A stretch of 63,201 nt of DNA, the filler included, from Welwitschia mirabilis (lineage: Eukaryota), in NCBI GenBank assembly GCA_051453625.1. It is 5 parts of one record of this genome, joined end to end, with 100 filler letters (N's around TTAATTAATTAA, not from the genome) between each part and the next. Parts side by side here need not be neighbours in the genome. Positions count along the whole stretch, not along the records: positions 39,975 to 55,858 come from JBOZIK010000001.1; 4 more parts are not named here. One strand, written 5' to 3'. Made by a program: the position numbers and the translations under genes. The notes below the pieces were generated by a model. That model did no database searches. It saw nothing but the letters and a program-made list of their open reading frames with translations, and was not told where the DNA came from. Below, in pieces: positions 39,975 through 52,573 of the stretch (position 1 is its first letter; every line of letters begins with the position of its first letter).

Positions 39975-41834
39975 AAGATAGGTTCCAGGAGTGGGAGTCC
40001 TTGGACGCCGCCTCCGTGACTGAAAGGTAAAAACATGACGCTTTTGATTATTAAACAAAAACAAGCCTACTCCCCAAATGACAGAACTTTCCACCGCAAA
40101 AACTTTCAAAACCAAAAAGGATAGCAACAGGACTTCAGGTAACTGTGCTTCAGTTTAAACTAGACCTAACTGTTGCAAGGCACTGCTAGGCTTCTGAAAA
40201 CATCTTACTAACAGAAATGGTATGCACAAGGCTCTGTAAAGGTCTAGAGGTAACTATGCATATCCCTAAGTCAGTAAAACATTAAAAGAACCGTTGAAGG
40301 TGATGCTTGCAAAGATGAGCAAAAATTTAATCAAATGTGCACTACATTAACATGCAAACTCTAATGGTTCCAATGCATCCCTAACGATTTGCACAATGTT
40401 GAAGTGAGGTACCAGAGCTTAGGGCCTGATTAATTGGTGAAAATGTCCCTCTTGATTTTTTGGTGAATTGCTTGTTTAGTTGATATAATTGAACTACTAA
40501 GTTGCATGTTAAGCTGGCTGCATTTCACCAAGCTGATTAAGTTGATGGATTGCACAAGAAGTTGTTGAAATTAAACGGCTTCCTTGATGCCAAGATACTC
40601 GAGGCAACATATTCTGAATAGTCAAAAACTAGAAGTCAAATAAAGCAAAACATACGCAATCAAAATACAAAAGGCCTAACTACCATGATCAGCGTAAAAG
40701 CAGATTCAGAGAAAAGGGTTACAAGTGAAGAATTGCCACATCTACCTTCTCCACAGTAACGGAGCGGCCTTCGAGAATTGAATGGTTCAGATATTTGATG
40801 CATCGATCGGCATCTTCGACGGTTTCCATCGTCACAAATCCGAAGCCTCGTGACATCCTGGTCGATGGCTCCAGTACAAGGCGACAATCTGCAACCTACA
40901 ATAACTTCATAAAAATTAACAGACTTTCCTCCAAGGTGAAGAAACACAGATTTCAACAAGCATCCTAATCTACAAATACTTTTGAGGACGATAATCAAGA
41001 CAGTTAATTAACCTTCCCCTCCTTAGAAAAAAGATCTTCGAGATCCTTTTCCGTTACGCGAGTTGAAAGACCGGTGACGTAGAGAGTATTTCCGGGATTT
41101 TCGGCGTCATCACTGCCCCTGTGTGACCTGTGCTACCACAACATTTCAAAAACGCGAGCTTCTTGAAATAAGGTAATAAACAGAAACAGCGGAATGACGT
41201 CAAACAAAGCCTTTAAGGTTTACCCTCCAGGACTCCGGGACCTTGTTCTTGACCTCGCTCTACGAGGCGAAGGCGAAGGCGGGGGCGAGTATCTTGAAAA
41301 ACGGAAAATGATTTTTAGTTTAAAATATTCAGATATCTCGTTTAAAGTACAGCGTTGAAGGTTTAAATATGTTACTAATTCCGTCAGAAGCCTACAACAT
41401 TTAAAAGTCCAAAGAATGCTAGAGTTTGCATTGGCATTTAATGTTCGTACCTATTTCTGGGTGAATCCGCCTGTCATACAAAACAAACAAAATTCATTTG
41501 TCAAAAAAACGAACTCGGAATTATACGCGAATTCATATTCAAGACATACACGAATATAACTTCGTCGGAGAGAGAGTTCTAGAAAACAATCGTAGAAAAC
41601 GAATGTTGAACACCTTCAGGAAAATAATCATTTAAAGAACCGCACTGGCAAAGGTAATTTAAGGGACGGCTTCGACAAACGGTAGCAGAAGTAAAATTCT
41701 TCATGAAAACTGAGGTTTTAAAAACTAGTTTTGAAAGAACGCTGAAAGAAGAATGCATGCTTTTGTCGAAGACACTAATCAATCGAACGAAGTCTTAAAA
41801 CTAGGGTTTGCTGAAATCATAAAAAGCATACCAT
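39975..41834 (-). CDS. SR45a: Serine/arginine-rich splicing factor SR45a (Tra2-like RRM), 3' part missing at a linker gap
   Basis: Exons 41832-41834 (ATG), 41451-41470, 41224-41292, 41013-41127, 40746-40895 and 39975-40019, all GT-AG and phase-consistent. Translation: MADSPRNRYSPPPSPSPRRARSRTRSRSPGGSHRGSDDAENPGNTLYVTGLSTRVTEKDLEDLFSKEGKVADCRLVLEPSTRMSRGFGFVTMETVEDADRCIKYLNHSILEGRSVTVEKSRRRRPRTPTPGTYL. Confidence 0.95.
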
Positions 41835-42021
41835 GTGTTGTAGCACTCAGATAAAAATAACGCCCTTCCGCAGCAATATGTAACGCTATCCTGCGCTTCC
41901 GATGTAAGATCAGAACGCACTTGCGAAGAAACACAAAATTCCACAATGATATGAGGTGTTAATCGGAAAGGAGATGTCAAAGAAACTCCTCATGCATTAC
42001 AACTCCAGAAGCCAAAAAACG

Positions 42022-42153
42022 CTTAAATAGCATCATCCAGGCGACAAGCAAAGGGACCGACAGACACTCATAGGCAGGGTACAGCGACGTTACTAAAGAG
42101 AATAGCTGGGTCCTAGGGTTTCAGGTCTCCTTGAGAAGATACACATTAGCCCA
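42022..42153 (-). promoter_or_regulatory. Putative SR45a proximal promoter: TATA-like, telo-box and site II motif
   Basis: On the minus strand: TATTTAA at ~42024-42030, AAACCCTA at 42114-42121 and TGGGCT at 42148-42153. A second telo-box lies in intron 1 at 41802-41809. Confidence 0.45.
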
Positions 42154-42189
42154 AAGAAAAGATATGAAGTAACTATACCTGTGGGATGG

Positions 42190-45100
42190 TTACTAAAACA
42201 TACATACATACAGTTGAAAATTAAAAACTAGAAAACACTAAACCTTTTTAAGTGATTTTGTTGTAGTGCATCTTTAGAAGTTTATAGTCTTTGTGAAGTT
42301 CAGAAGCTTCATATTAAAAGAGCACTATCGCTAGAATAGAGAATTTTATATTGAGGGAGAAGGAANNNNNNNNNNNNNNNNNNNNNNNNNNNNNNNNNNN
42401 NNNNNNNNNNNNNNNNNNNNNNNNNNNNNNNNNNNNNNNNNNNNNNNNNNNNNNNNNNNNNNNNNACTAAAACATACATACATACAGTTGAAAATTAAAA
42501 ACTAGAAAACACTAACCCTTTTTAAGTGATTTTGTTGTAGTGCATCTTTAGAAGTTTATAGTCTTTGTGAAGTTCAGAAGCTTCATATTAAAGGAGCACT
42601 ATCGCTAGAATAGAGAATTTTATATTGAGGGAGAAGTCTTAAAAGGAATCCTTATTCAATCGGGCATTGCACCGAGTTTTCCAAATAAAGTGCACACATT
42701 CAATGACAAGGATGTTCCATCCATAATTAGAAAAGTGTCTGGATTATTTTAAAGTAGGATACTGAAAAAGAGTGCTCAGACAGCAAATATTTGCAAGCCA
42801 ATCCCAAACCTGACGAGCCATACTGCAATCCCAAAAAACATGCTGGAAGGTTTCTAGAGTTTAACAAAGAGGGCATAAAGGATGGGCAACTCCCAAATGT
42901 TGAAGCCGATGATCAATAGGAAGATCTTGATGAATAAGGCACCAGAAGAAAACTTTAGTTTCAAGATGAGTTTTAATCTTCCAAACTTCCTTTAAAAATA
43001 CTTTTCATTTATCTTCTGTCCAATCGAGATGTCATTTGGAGTTCAGCTTATGATACTGCTGAAGTCTTGAAACCAAGTGTGAGCCTTAGAAAGAGAACGC
43101 TTGATAATATAATTACCATAGGACCAGATCCAATTGTCCCACCAATTCTTGCTATTATAACTCTACTCGATTCTGATAACCACCTTTTCTATGTGTCTGA
43201 TAATGGGAAGATCCAACTTTTGAACCTTCCATTTAGATTTGAGTTGCGACCAATTGATTTTAATATGACTGTCTTGTTGCATGACAAATAGGTCTAGGTG
43301 GAGAAGGCCTGCTTTAGTTAATCTTTGAAATCTAACAAGAAACTGATAAGCCAAAGGGTTATTTGCAATTTTGAAGGTTGGAGACCGCCAAAGAGAATGA
43401 GAGGCTAGTTGGCTGTCACTTAAATTTGCTAGTTGTCAAAGAAGAAAACTGTTGAGTTTGTGCCAAGACTTTAACATTTGCTAGAAAAGACATAAAAGCC
43501 TTTGCCTTTGAAGTTACTGTAAGAAAAGATAACATTACTCCAATGAATACCTTGCCATAAATGGTTGGAACACATACTGCCATTGGCAAAATAAAATCTA
43601 AAAAAAATCTTTCATGCTTCATTGCCTTCCTAAGATTAGATTACCCATTTAAAAGCTAATAAAGTACCTTGGTGTTCTAAAGAAGAAACCCCCAGACCAC
43701 CTAAATGTTTGGAATGGTAGCAAGTACTCTATGTGACTCTGTTGAAGACTTTCCCACTTGTAGTGTTCCCTCATAGAAAAATCAGAGAATTTTGTTGACT
43801 GTGTCATAAGCAAAGATAGAAGAAGCCACAAAGGAGGCATAATAAATTGGAATAGCATTGAGGATATAAGTGCACACAATGATCCTCCTTACTAAGGACA
43901 TGGGTTTTCCAAACCATTTAAGAGCTTTCTCTTTAATCTTATTGATAACCATCTGCCACATGCTGGATGGATTATCTGATAAAGCTATAGGGATTCCCAA
44001 AAGTTTGAAATGATTAATGGGTGAAAGCCATTAGATATTGAATTGGTAGGACCAAGTAGACCTCTCAGTGAGAGTGGAAAGGATGGAAGTGGTTTTATTC
44101 TAATTAGTTTGCAAACTTGAAGAGAGATAATAAACATTTAGAGTATCAATGGCTTTCTGAAAATCTAATTCAGTCTCTTTGATCAAGAGAAAGGTATCAT
44201 CTACAAATTAGCAATAAAGAATTGTATTGCCATTGGGAAGGTTAATGTCGTGAAGATTGCCTAAAGAATGATGAGCTTTAAGAAGAGCTCCAAGAGAATT
44301 TGCTACTATGATAAAAAGATACAGTGCTAAGGGACACCCCTGCCAAACCAATCTCTAAAGGGGTATGAGTCGAGAGAAAACACCATTACTGTAGATAACA
44401 GAAGTGGCATCAGCTAGAAGCATCTGAACATGGTTTTCAAAGATTTCTCCAAGTTGATGATGACGAATAACCTAGTAAGGAAATGTCAATCGAGTCTATC
44501 GTAGGCTTTAAAAAAATCAAGCTTTAAATGAATAGCCTATTGAGAGGAGATATTCATCCAATACATAGATTCGACTGCTATTATTACATTATCTAAGATG
44601 TGCTTGTTTTGAACAAAACTAGTTTGCTCTTTACTAATGAGAGTATGAAGGAATTTCTTTAATCTATTTGCCACTACTTTGACAATAATTTTATAGATCA
44701 CATTTAAGAGAGTGATAGGTCTCTAATTATTAATATTATGCGAGTCACCTGATTTAGGCAAAAGTTCGACTATTCTGGTGTTGAGATAAGTCCCTAGGGA
44801 TGTGTTAGCAAGAGCTTCTTTGTAAATGTTATAGGCATCGATTCTGATAATGAGCCAGAATTTACAAAAAAATTCTATTGGAAGCCCATCCAAACCTGGA
44901 GCTTTGTCAAAGCTGCTGAAGAGCATTAACAAACTTAGCTTTAGAGAGGCAGTAATCATCACCCAAATAAATCTAATTGAAGGTCTGAAGGTTGCTAAGA
45001 CAAATGTCGACAGTTGTGTCATCAACTACGCTAGTAGAGAACACCTAAGAGTAATGATTAAAAAGTGCTTAAAGAACTTTTTCTCAGAAGGTATGAATAA

Positions 45101-46990
45101 CGCTCCCATCTTTAATCACTTGTATACAAGGATAAGAGTGCTTGACTTTTAAGATTTTCAAGAAATATGAGGAAGCTTGATCTCGCATTCTTAATCAAGA
45201 CAAGCGGGCACGAAGGTAAGTACCTTGAGCCTTATAGTGCACCACTCGTCTTAGTCTATCTTTATAGATCCTTAACAATTTGAAATCATGATTGCTATAG
45301 TGATCTGAATTAACTTTTAATTGATGGAATTCTACTTCTGACATGAGACACCTCTGATAAGAATCTATATTTATTGCTAATAATTTATCTACATGTTTAG
45401 CAAAACATTGAGTGCATAAAATGCTATTATCCCACCATCTAATCCATCCAGAATTACTCAAGAGATGAGGAACTAGATTCTAAATGTGCATGAGAAATGT
45501 ATACATGTTCCTATTCTGAAGAAAAGTAGTATTAAAGATAAAGAGATCTTTGTTGAAATGATGACCATTAGAAGATTGAATGGGTCACAAAATGGGCAAA
45601 TGGTCTGATAAGACCTGAGTGTAGTCAGCTAAAACTGGAAGCTTCTTGTTGTGAAAGATAGTTATATTTGGATATGATGAAAAATAGACCCGATCAATCC
45701 GAGAAGTAATAAAATTTGATCCAATTCTAGCATTAGATCAAGTAAACCACCCCTCTGCAGAAATTATTCTTATGGTAGCATTAGCATCTTGCAACTCGAA
45801 TTTGCTTTTAAGCGACATCCAATTCTCAAGCTTGTTAATATCAAGGCCACCTTTATTTCCTCCTTGTTTATCTACTTCACTTTCAATCATATTAAAATCT
45901 CCTATTAAGATCCAAAAAGCCTTGGAAAGAGAATTATGGAGCCAAAACACATCTGTTTGGGATGCTACAGAGGGCGTAGATGTTAGCGAGGTCTACAATA
46001 GAATTATTCCATCTTAAATGAATTAAGACACAGTTTTTCCTTGGGTCTTAAACATAATCAATAATCTGATTATTAAACTTATGATGGAGGAGAATAATCA
46101 TTCCTCTGTTGCTTCTAGAATGACAAAAGATGAAGGAAGTACTCTTGGAAAAAATGTTATTACACATAGTTTGAAGCTGAAAATCTCAAATTTTGATTTC
46201 CTAAAGAAAACCTATATCAAAACATTTTTTAGTAATATAATTTCAGACAATGTATCTTCTTTGGGGGCTGAGAGTCCCCGAAAATTCCAAGAGATGAGAT
46301 TCATAAGGAAAGGTCAGTAAAGGATCCAATCCCCTCTGTAATGGCTTGCCATGAGTTTGTAGATTTAAAACTATAAGTTACTAATTTTCTTGGTCTTCTG
46401 AATTGGTTCATAATACCACTGCAAGTTATTGATGTATTGTTCATAACCCTTGAAGGGGTAAATATGGGATTGAACCTTATGACATGAGCATAAGATTTCT
46501 TACCAACAGTTTACCATCCTTCTTCTTTATCATTTTCCTTGTTAGTTGACCTTGGGTTTTTAGTAGTCTCTTATTTGTTCTCTTTGTTATCAATATTTAA
46601 ATCCTTTATAGAAACTTGAGAAGTATTTCCTTTATCTAAATTCTTCCTATTGCAGTTGGTAACCTTATTTATGATTGTCGCATGAGTAATACGGTTAGGT
46701 TTATCTTCTTCTTGTGTGGTCTGGTGATTTTCTTGCATAAGACCTTTTTGATAAAGTCCATTGGCTACTTTTTTTGCCAAAACTCTATCCACTTTCATCC
46801 TAGCTAGAAGTTTAGGACAACATGCCCTCACATGATCAGGCTCTTTATAGTAGTAATAATCATTTGACAGAGTTAAATAATTTACCTTTTAGAGAATAAA
46901 TTCTTGATCAGCTAATAATATGATAACCTCAGGTAATGATTTGTTTAGATCAATAGTAACACAAATTCTTCTTATGAGGTGAGCATGCAA
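42190..46990 (-). mobile_element. Near-complete degenerate L1-clade LINE (ORF1 C-terminus, ORF2 EN-RT-zf)
   Basis: ORF1 RRICVTIDL and knuckle ...KEPDHVRACCP (~46975-46815); ORF2 MNLISWNFRGL from ~46305, WILIGDFN, RIDRVY, SDH, KAPGLDGLP.EF, QGCPLALYLF, FVDD and CPLC...HVFWDC (~42880-42825). The 3' boundary is approximate. Confidence 0.9.
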
Positions 46991-47199
46991 GTATTCTTCT
47001 AATATTGCTTATGATTTATGTCATCATATTTAAGTGACAGGAATTTGTAAGTTAATATAGATCATAAGGGCCAACGTAGATGACAATAATTTGGTATACT
47101 GGTTAGAACTTGCATTTAGGTTGCATTGCATTCATCTTTGCATTTCATCTTGTATTGCATTTTAAATAAATAATATTTGGATGGAACAAGATAGGCAGG

Positions 47200-48420
47200 G
47201 AAAATAGAATCGAGTAGGAGCTTGAAATCTGGAGAAGTTCATAAAAAATCTAAATCTAATTGATTTGCTTTTATAAAAAGCGTAGTTTACATGATTAAAT
47301 AGAAGAATAATAGAAAATAGAATATTCTCAAGAACAGAAAAAAAATCTTATCTTGACTAAATGGTTAAAAACAAAAAATTAAAGGTTATAAAGAGAATAT
47401 AGATGGTATTTTAATTACTACCCTATTATCATCATGTCATATAAAAAGAGGAATAGAAGAACTCAATTTACCTATGGAATTGCTTAGTTGCAAGGACAAG
47501 TAGTAAAAGACTTTATTAAAACTAATTAAAAAACTAAGAAAGAAAATACTTTCTAAATACTAAAGATAAATTTAACAAAATAAAATAATGGCTTAATATT
47601 TAGAACAAACCTAAATGAAAAATAAGAGATAAAATGGGAGGTAAATAAAAACTTAAAAAAATATGAAGAGGAAGATCTTCAAGAGGAGGAATGGTAAAAG
47701 CTTTAAAAGCTAAACAACATAAGGTACTAGAGATAAAGAACCCATAACAATTGGTTAAAAGAAAAAGATAAATACATTAGATTCTTATTTAACATAGATA
47801 ATCAAAGGAAATAGCTAAACACCATTAACAAGGCTAATGGAGACTTAAGATCTATAATAGAAAAAGAGTTCATGAAGATTTTGTGTGATGTTTATAATAA
47901 CTATGGGAAATTAAAGGAGAAACAAAATGATCAAATATCTTTTCAAGGACATGAAGGGATAAAAAACATTTCAAGCCTTTAAAATGAGGATAGGTCTGGA
48001 AAGTTTTAAAAATAATGAAACTTAATAGAAGTCTAGGGCTAGATGGATGAATAGTAGAGTTTTTTAAAAATATTATTTGTATGTGGAAAAACAACTGCAG
48101 TATCTTTCAATAAATCTTTAAAAGAAGAAACTGTACCTTACTTTCGTATAACATAAATGTAACATTTATACTCTTATGTTTAAGGGAAAAAAAAGAGAGG
48201 CAGTAGATGTTAAAGGTTCTAAACCAATCAGAGTATGTAATGTTATTCACAGGTTGTTTTCTAAGGCTATTATTTAAATAATCCATCATTATCTTCCCTT
48301 AGTTATTCACTCAAACTAAGATATCTCTCTGAAAGAAATAAGCATCTTCAACTAGATAATTCAAATCATGAACTATTTCATTTTATTAAAAAAGAAATTC
48401 TAGCTATTGCTAAAGAAACT
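47200..48420 (+). mobile_element. Degenerate LINE ORF2 fragment
   Basis: RSLGLDG*IVEFFK (~48028-48070) and KPIRVCNVIHRLFSKAI...LPLVIHSN (~48220-48320) are LINE RT N-terminal motifs. Confidence 0.7.
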
Positions 48421-50199
48421 ATTCTACTCTTTCTAACCACAATACTTGATCAATTAAGACCACTATTCTATGTGTACAATGCTAGTTTAATAGGTTAGGG
48501 TTTAAGCACAAATAGCTTTTTCAATAGCTCAATAGAGTTAATGGTGAATTCATGATAAATCACAAAATCAAGCTAATATTTAAGCTAATGTGGAGACTCA
48601 TTAGCTATGACAAAAAATAGGACGGTCTTAAAACATAAATATTTCATGAAGTAAACCAATCTAAAGAATCAAAACACATATAATTATGATTTAAATATTT
48701 TATGAAGTGAACCGATCCAAAGAATCATGAAACTCATATAACCATCATTTCTAATGAAATGTGGAGTCGAACACTAATGGAAAAGAATTTTTGTTCTACT
48801 TTTTAATAAGGCTTTCTTATTTTACCATAATAAGAAAAATACTATTAAAAATTAATTAGATTTCTAGCAAAATAATTCAATTAAAATTTTCAATTGCTAA
48901 TGCTAAAACTTAGAGGGCTCTTTTTCAAGAGCTATATAAGCTAGACCAATGCTAAAAATTTTGCATGAACATTGAAAACTATCTGCTAAAAAAACGAAAA
49001 GTAGTTTTTCTATATATTATCTATTTTTCTCTCTTTTTAGAATATGTTATTGACCCATTTTAGAGAAAAGTAATTACATTACTAACTTTACAGTCGTGCA
49101 ACTGCCCTTATAGGTAACAATCCCTAAAACTAGAGCTAATTACCAAATAACTAATAGCCAATTCAAAGATGATTTAGAAAATCAATTTCATCATTTTTCA
49201 ATTTATTAAATAAATAAGCCTATTCCATTTTCTCTATATCATTTTTAATTGCACGACCATTTAACGAAGACGGGCCGTCGTCTCATTGAAATGATTTTCT
49301 ATTCTCAAAAGCAAATCAAGCACATACTATCTAGTTATTCATGCTAGCTGGAATGCCATGTAAATGACACATTATGGTAATACCCATAGGTTGGTATCTC
49401 AACTGAAGCTTCAAATCCATACCATGAAAGCCTAAAAATTTCTGAATAACATTAGCCTAGATTTGGGATTACCTATAAAAACCCCATAATAATAGTTGTA
49501 ATTTTATGTATAAATAATGTTTGTATTTGCAAGTTTCAAAATATTATATAAATGGAATGTTGTGTTGATTGTTAGGTTGATGGCTTCAACAAATTAGGAA
49601 GTATATTTCATGAATAGTCATATCTACCATTTTGGAAATTCCAAGATAAAAGGTTATACTAACATTTAGAGACTAGTGAAAGATAAGTGAGTAACAGCCA
49701 TTAATAATGATAAGAGAGGNNNNNNNNNNTCTATCTATCCTTTGTGCATCCTTAGACCTAGGTATGCCAAATGTAAAAGGCTCTAACTTAGATGAAGCTA
49801 GCTATGCAAATTCAATCTCGTAAGTGCCTTCTACCCATTGATGCATGCATGAACAAGACTCGGTGAAAATTTTGTTGTAAGCAAGCTATTATCTAGGTTG
49901 ATAAATTTATGAGAAGACTTTTTTACTAAGACCTTAGGTGCCACTACTGGCAATTCTTGGTTTAAAATCATGGAGGATAACAATTTGCAATAGAAGTAAA
50001 AGATAAATGAAATTAGAGATGATCATGGCCAATCCATTATTACTAACACACAGGTAGTAGATTTGTAAATTGATTTGACATGAAAATGGCCAAATTATGA
50101 GTTGCTAAGTAATTCATTTATTATTCTTCATACAATGAACGAAAGCTTGAGGTAGCTCACGTACTAATTCTTGAGTTATGAGTCAAAACTAGGCTCTTT

Positions 50200-52573
50200 A
50201 GTCCTCTTCTTTATTATAACCCTTTTATTGTGTAACTCCCTTATCATTTAAAAGATATTATAAAGGATATGACTCCTTTGTTATTTGTAACCCCTTTATA
50301 TTGTAACCTTCTCCTTGTTGAAATGATTAAAGACAAGAGGGAAAGTGAAGTTTAAGGGGTCATCTAGCAACTTCTAAATGTTAGGATTAGGGTTCTTTAC
50401 CTTAAAGGAAAACCTATATAATGGAGTAGAGGCATTGTCCTAAGGCATTGCAATAGAGTGACTTGAGTATTATTGCTTGAGTAATGAGGGTTGTGCATGA
50501 GGAAGAGAGTGTAGTAAGAAGTTAGAGTTTGTTGCTATCATATAGTAGACCATTGTTGGAATCTCCTCATTTTTGCATCTTCCTTTAGCAATTAAAAAGT
50601 GAATCCCCTTTCCCATGGACGTAAGAATATTGTGAAATCACATTAAATTCTAGCGTGTGATGTTTCTATTATTTTCCTTGTTGTAAGTTATTTCTTCTTA
50701 TTAATCTTTCTTGTCAACAATTCTTTACTTCCATGCTTTATAAAAATTGATATTAAAGCTTGTATATCTCGGAGATAATAGTTATAAAAAATGCTGTCTA
50801 AATGGCCTCAAAGGGTTTTAATGCTAATTTTGAGTTGGAGAAATTTAATGGCAAGAATAAGTTTGGGTTGTGGCAGATCAAGTGAAGGATTTGCTCATTT
50901 AATAAGGATTATGCAAGGCACTTCAAGGAGAGGCTAAGAAGCCTTCTGACATGTAAAATAAAGACTAGAATGATTTGGATCTAAGGGCCCAAATTACTAT
51001 CAGATTAAGCCTTGTACATCAAGTCCTATTCAATGAAGTGAAGAAAAACTCTACTGTCAAAGTATGAATAAAACTAAAAATCTTGCATGTAACCAAGTTA
51101 TTGAGAAATAATCTGTACCTAAAGTTAGAGCTTTACAACTTCAAAATGAATGAAGGTACATACATAGTAGATCACTTGAATTCTTTAAATAAACTTGTGT
51201 GCTAATTATCAAGCATTGATGTAGAAATTGAAGATGAGGAGCAAGTCCTTATTATTCTCAAGCCACTTCCAACTTCTTATAAGCTTCTTACAANNNNNNN
51301 NNNNNNNNNNNNNNNNNNNNNNNNNNNNNNNNNNNNNNNNNNNNNNNNNNNNNNNNNNNNNNNNNNNNNNNNNNNNNNNNNNNNNNNNNNNNNNNNNNNN
51401 NNNNNNNNNNNNNNNNNNNNNNNNNNNNNNNNNNNNNNNNNNNNNNNNNNNNNNNNNNNNNNNNNNNNNNNNNNNNNNNNNNNNNNNNNNNNNNNNNNNN
51501 NNNNNNNNNNNNNNNNNNNNNNNNNNNNNNNNNNNNNNNNNNNNNNNNNNNNNNNNNNNNNNNNNNNNNNNNNNNNNNNNNNNNNNNNNNNNNNNNNNNN
51601 NNNNNNNNNNNNNNNNNNNNNNNNNNNNNNNNNNNNNNNNNNNNNNNNNNNNNNNNNNNNNNNNNNNNNNNNNNNNNNNNNNNNNNNNNNNNNNNNNNNN
51701 NNNNNNNNNNNNNNNNNNNNNNNNNNNNNNNNNNNNNNNNNNNNNNNNNNNNNNNNNNNNNNNTCTCAAGCCACTTCCAACTTCTTATAATCTTCTTACA
51801 TTGACATTACTTTATGGAAAAGATACCATTGAGATTGAGATAGTGACTATAACTCTTTTGTTAGAAGAATGGATGAATAAAATTAGTATTGAGCAAGCTA
51901 GTAAAGGCTTAATGGTTAGAGGCCGGACCACGGAGAGAGGATCAGATAGGCAGAACTCCAGATCAAAGTCTAAATCTAGAAAGGACAAGAAGAAGAATTT
52001 GAAGTATTACTATTATAACAAAAAGAAGCATTTCATCAAATAATGCTAAGAATGGAAGGCAAAAGAAGAATAAAATAATGAGAAGACATCTACATATACT
52101 TCTGCTAGTAATGAAATAAATGTTGCTGATGACAAAGACTGTGGAGATGTGCTCACGTCCACAAATTCACCTAGTGGAGGTGAATGTGTCCTTTATTTGA
52201 GAGCTTCATGGCATATTACACCTCATAAATCTTAGTGTTATACATACCAAAAGACTGATGAGGGACAATTGCTGATGGGTACCTATGATGAAGCTAGGTT
52301 TACTAGTATTGGCTCAGTTTGAATCTAGATTCATGATGGCATTGTAAGAACTTTGATGAATGTGGAGCATGTGCTAAAGATAAGAAGGAGTAAGGAGTTT
52401 CATCTTTCTTAAAGCCTTAGATAGAATTAGTTGCATGCTCCTTAGAGAAAATGAAACACTAAAAGTTATCAAAGATTCTCTTATGCTAATGAAGGCCAAG
52501 AAATAAGGTAATTTTTACAAGTTCCTGGGAGACACGGTTGTGGGTGATGCTAATATTGCATATGGAGATACTG
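50200..52573 (+). mobile_element. Tork-like Ty1/copia 5' portion (LTR, degenerate PBS, gag, PR), interrupted by a nested LTR
   Basis: PBS relic tgatattaaagc at 50748-50759; gag MASKGFNANFELEKFNGKNKFGLWQ from 50802; GLMVRGR...SRSKSKSR; protease region ~52180-52500. It breaks at GDT just before the expected LWH.RLGH. The LTR start is approximate. Confidence 0.85.

Noticed and set aside
39644..40019. Sirevirus apparently inserted into and truncating SR45a
   Set aside because: The two are separated by an artificial linker, so the adjacency is not sequence-supported.
41905..42040. Box C/D snoRNA upstream of SR45a (ATGATG...CTGA on the minus strand)
   Set aside because: Box C is imperfect, and there is no terminal stem or recognisable rRNA guide.
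42192..42636. Near-identical duplications flanking ~100-N gaps (also ~16477/16593, 25615/25772, 32200/32353, 35646/35809, 53365/53522, 56855/57114, 58100/58309, 62370/62562)
   Set aside because: Typical unmerged contig or haplotype overlaps; treated as assembly artefacts.
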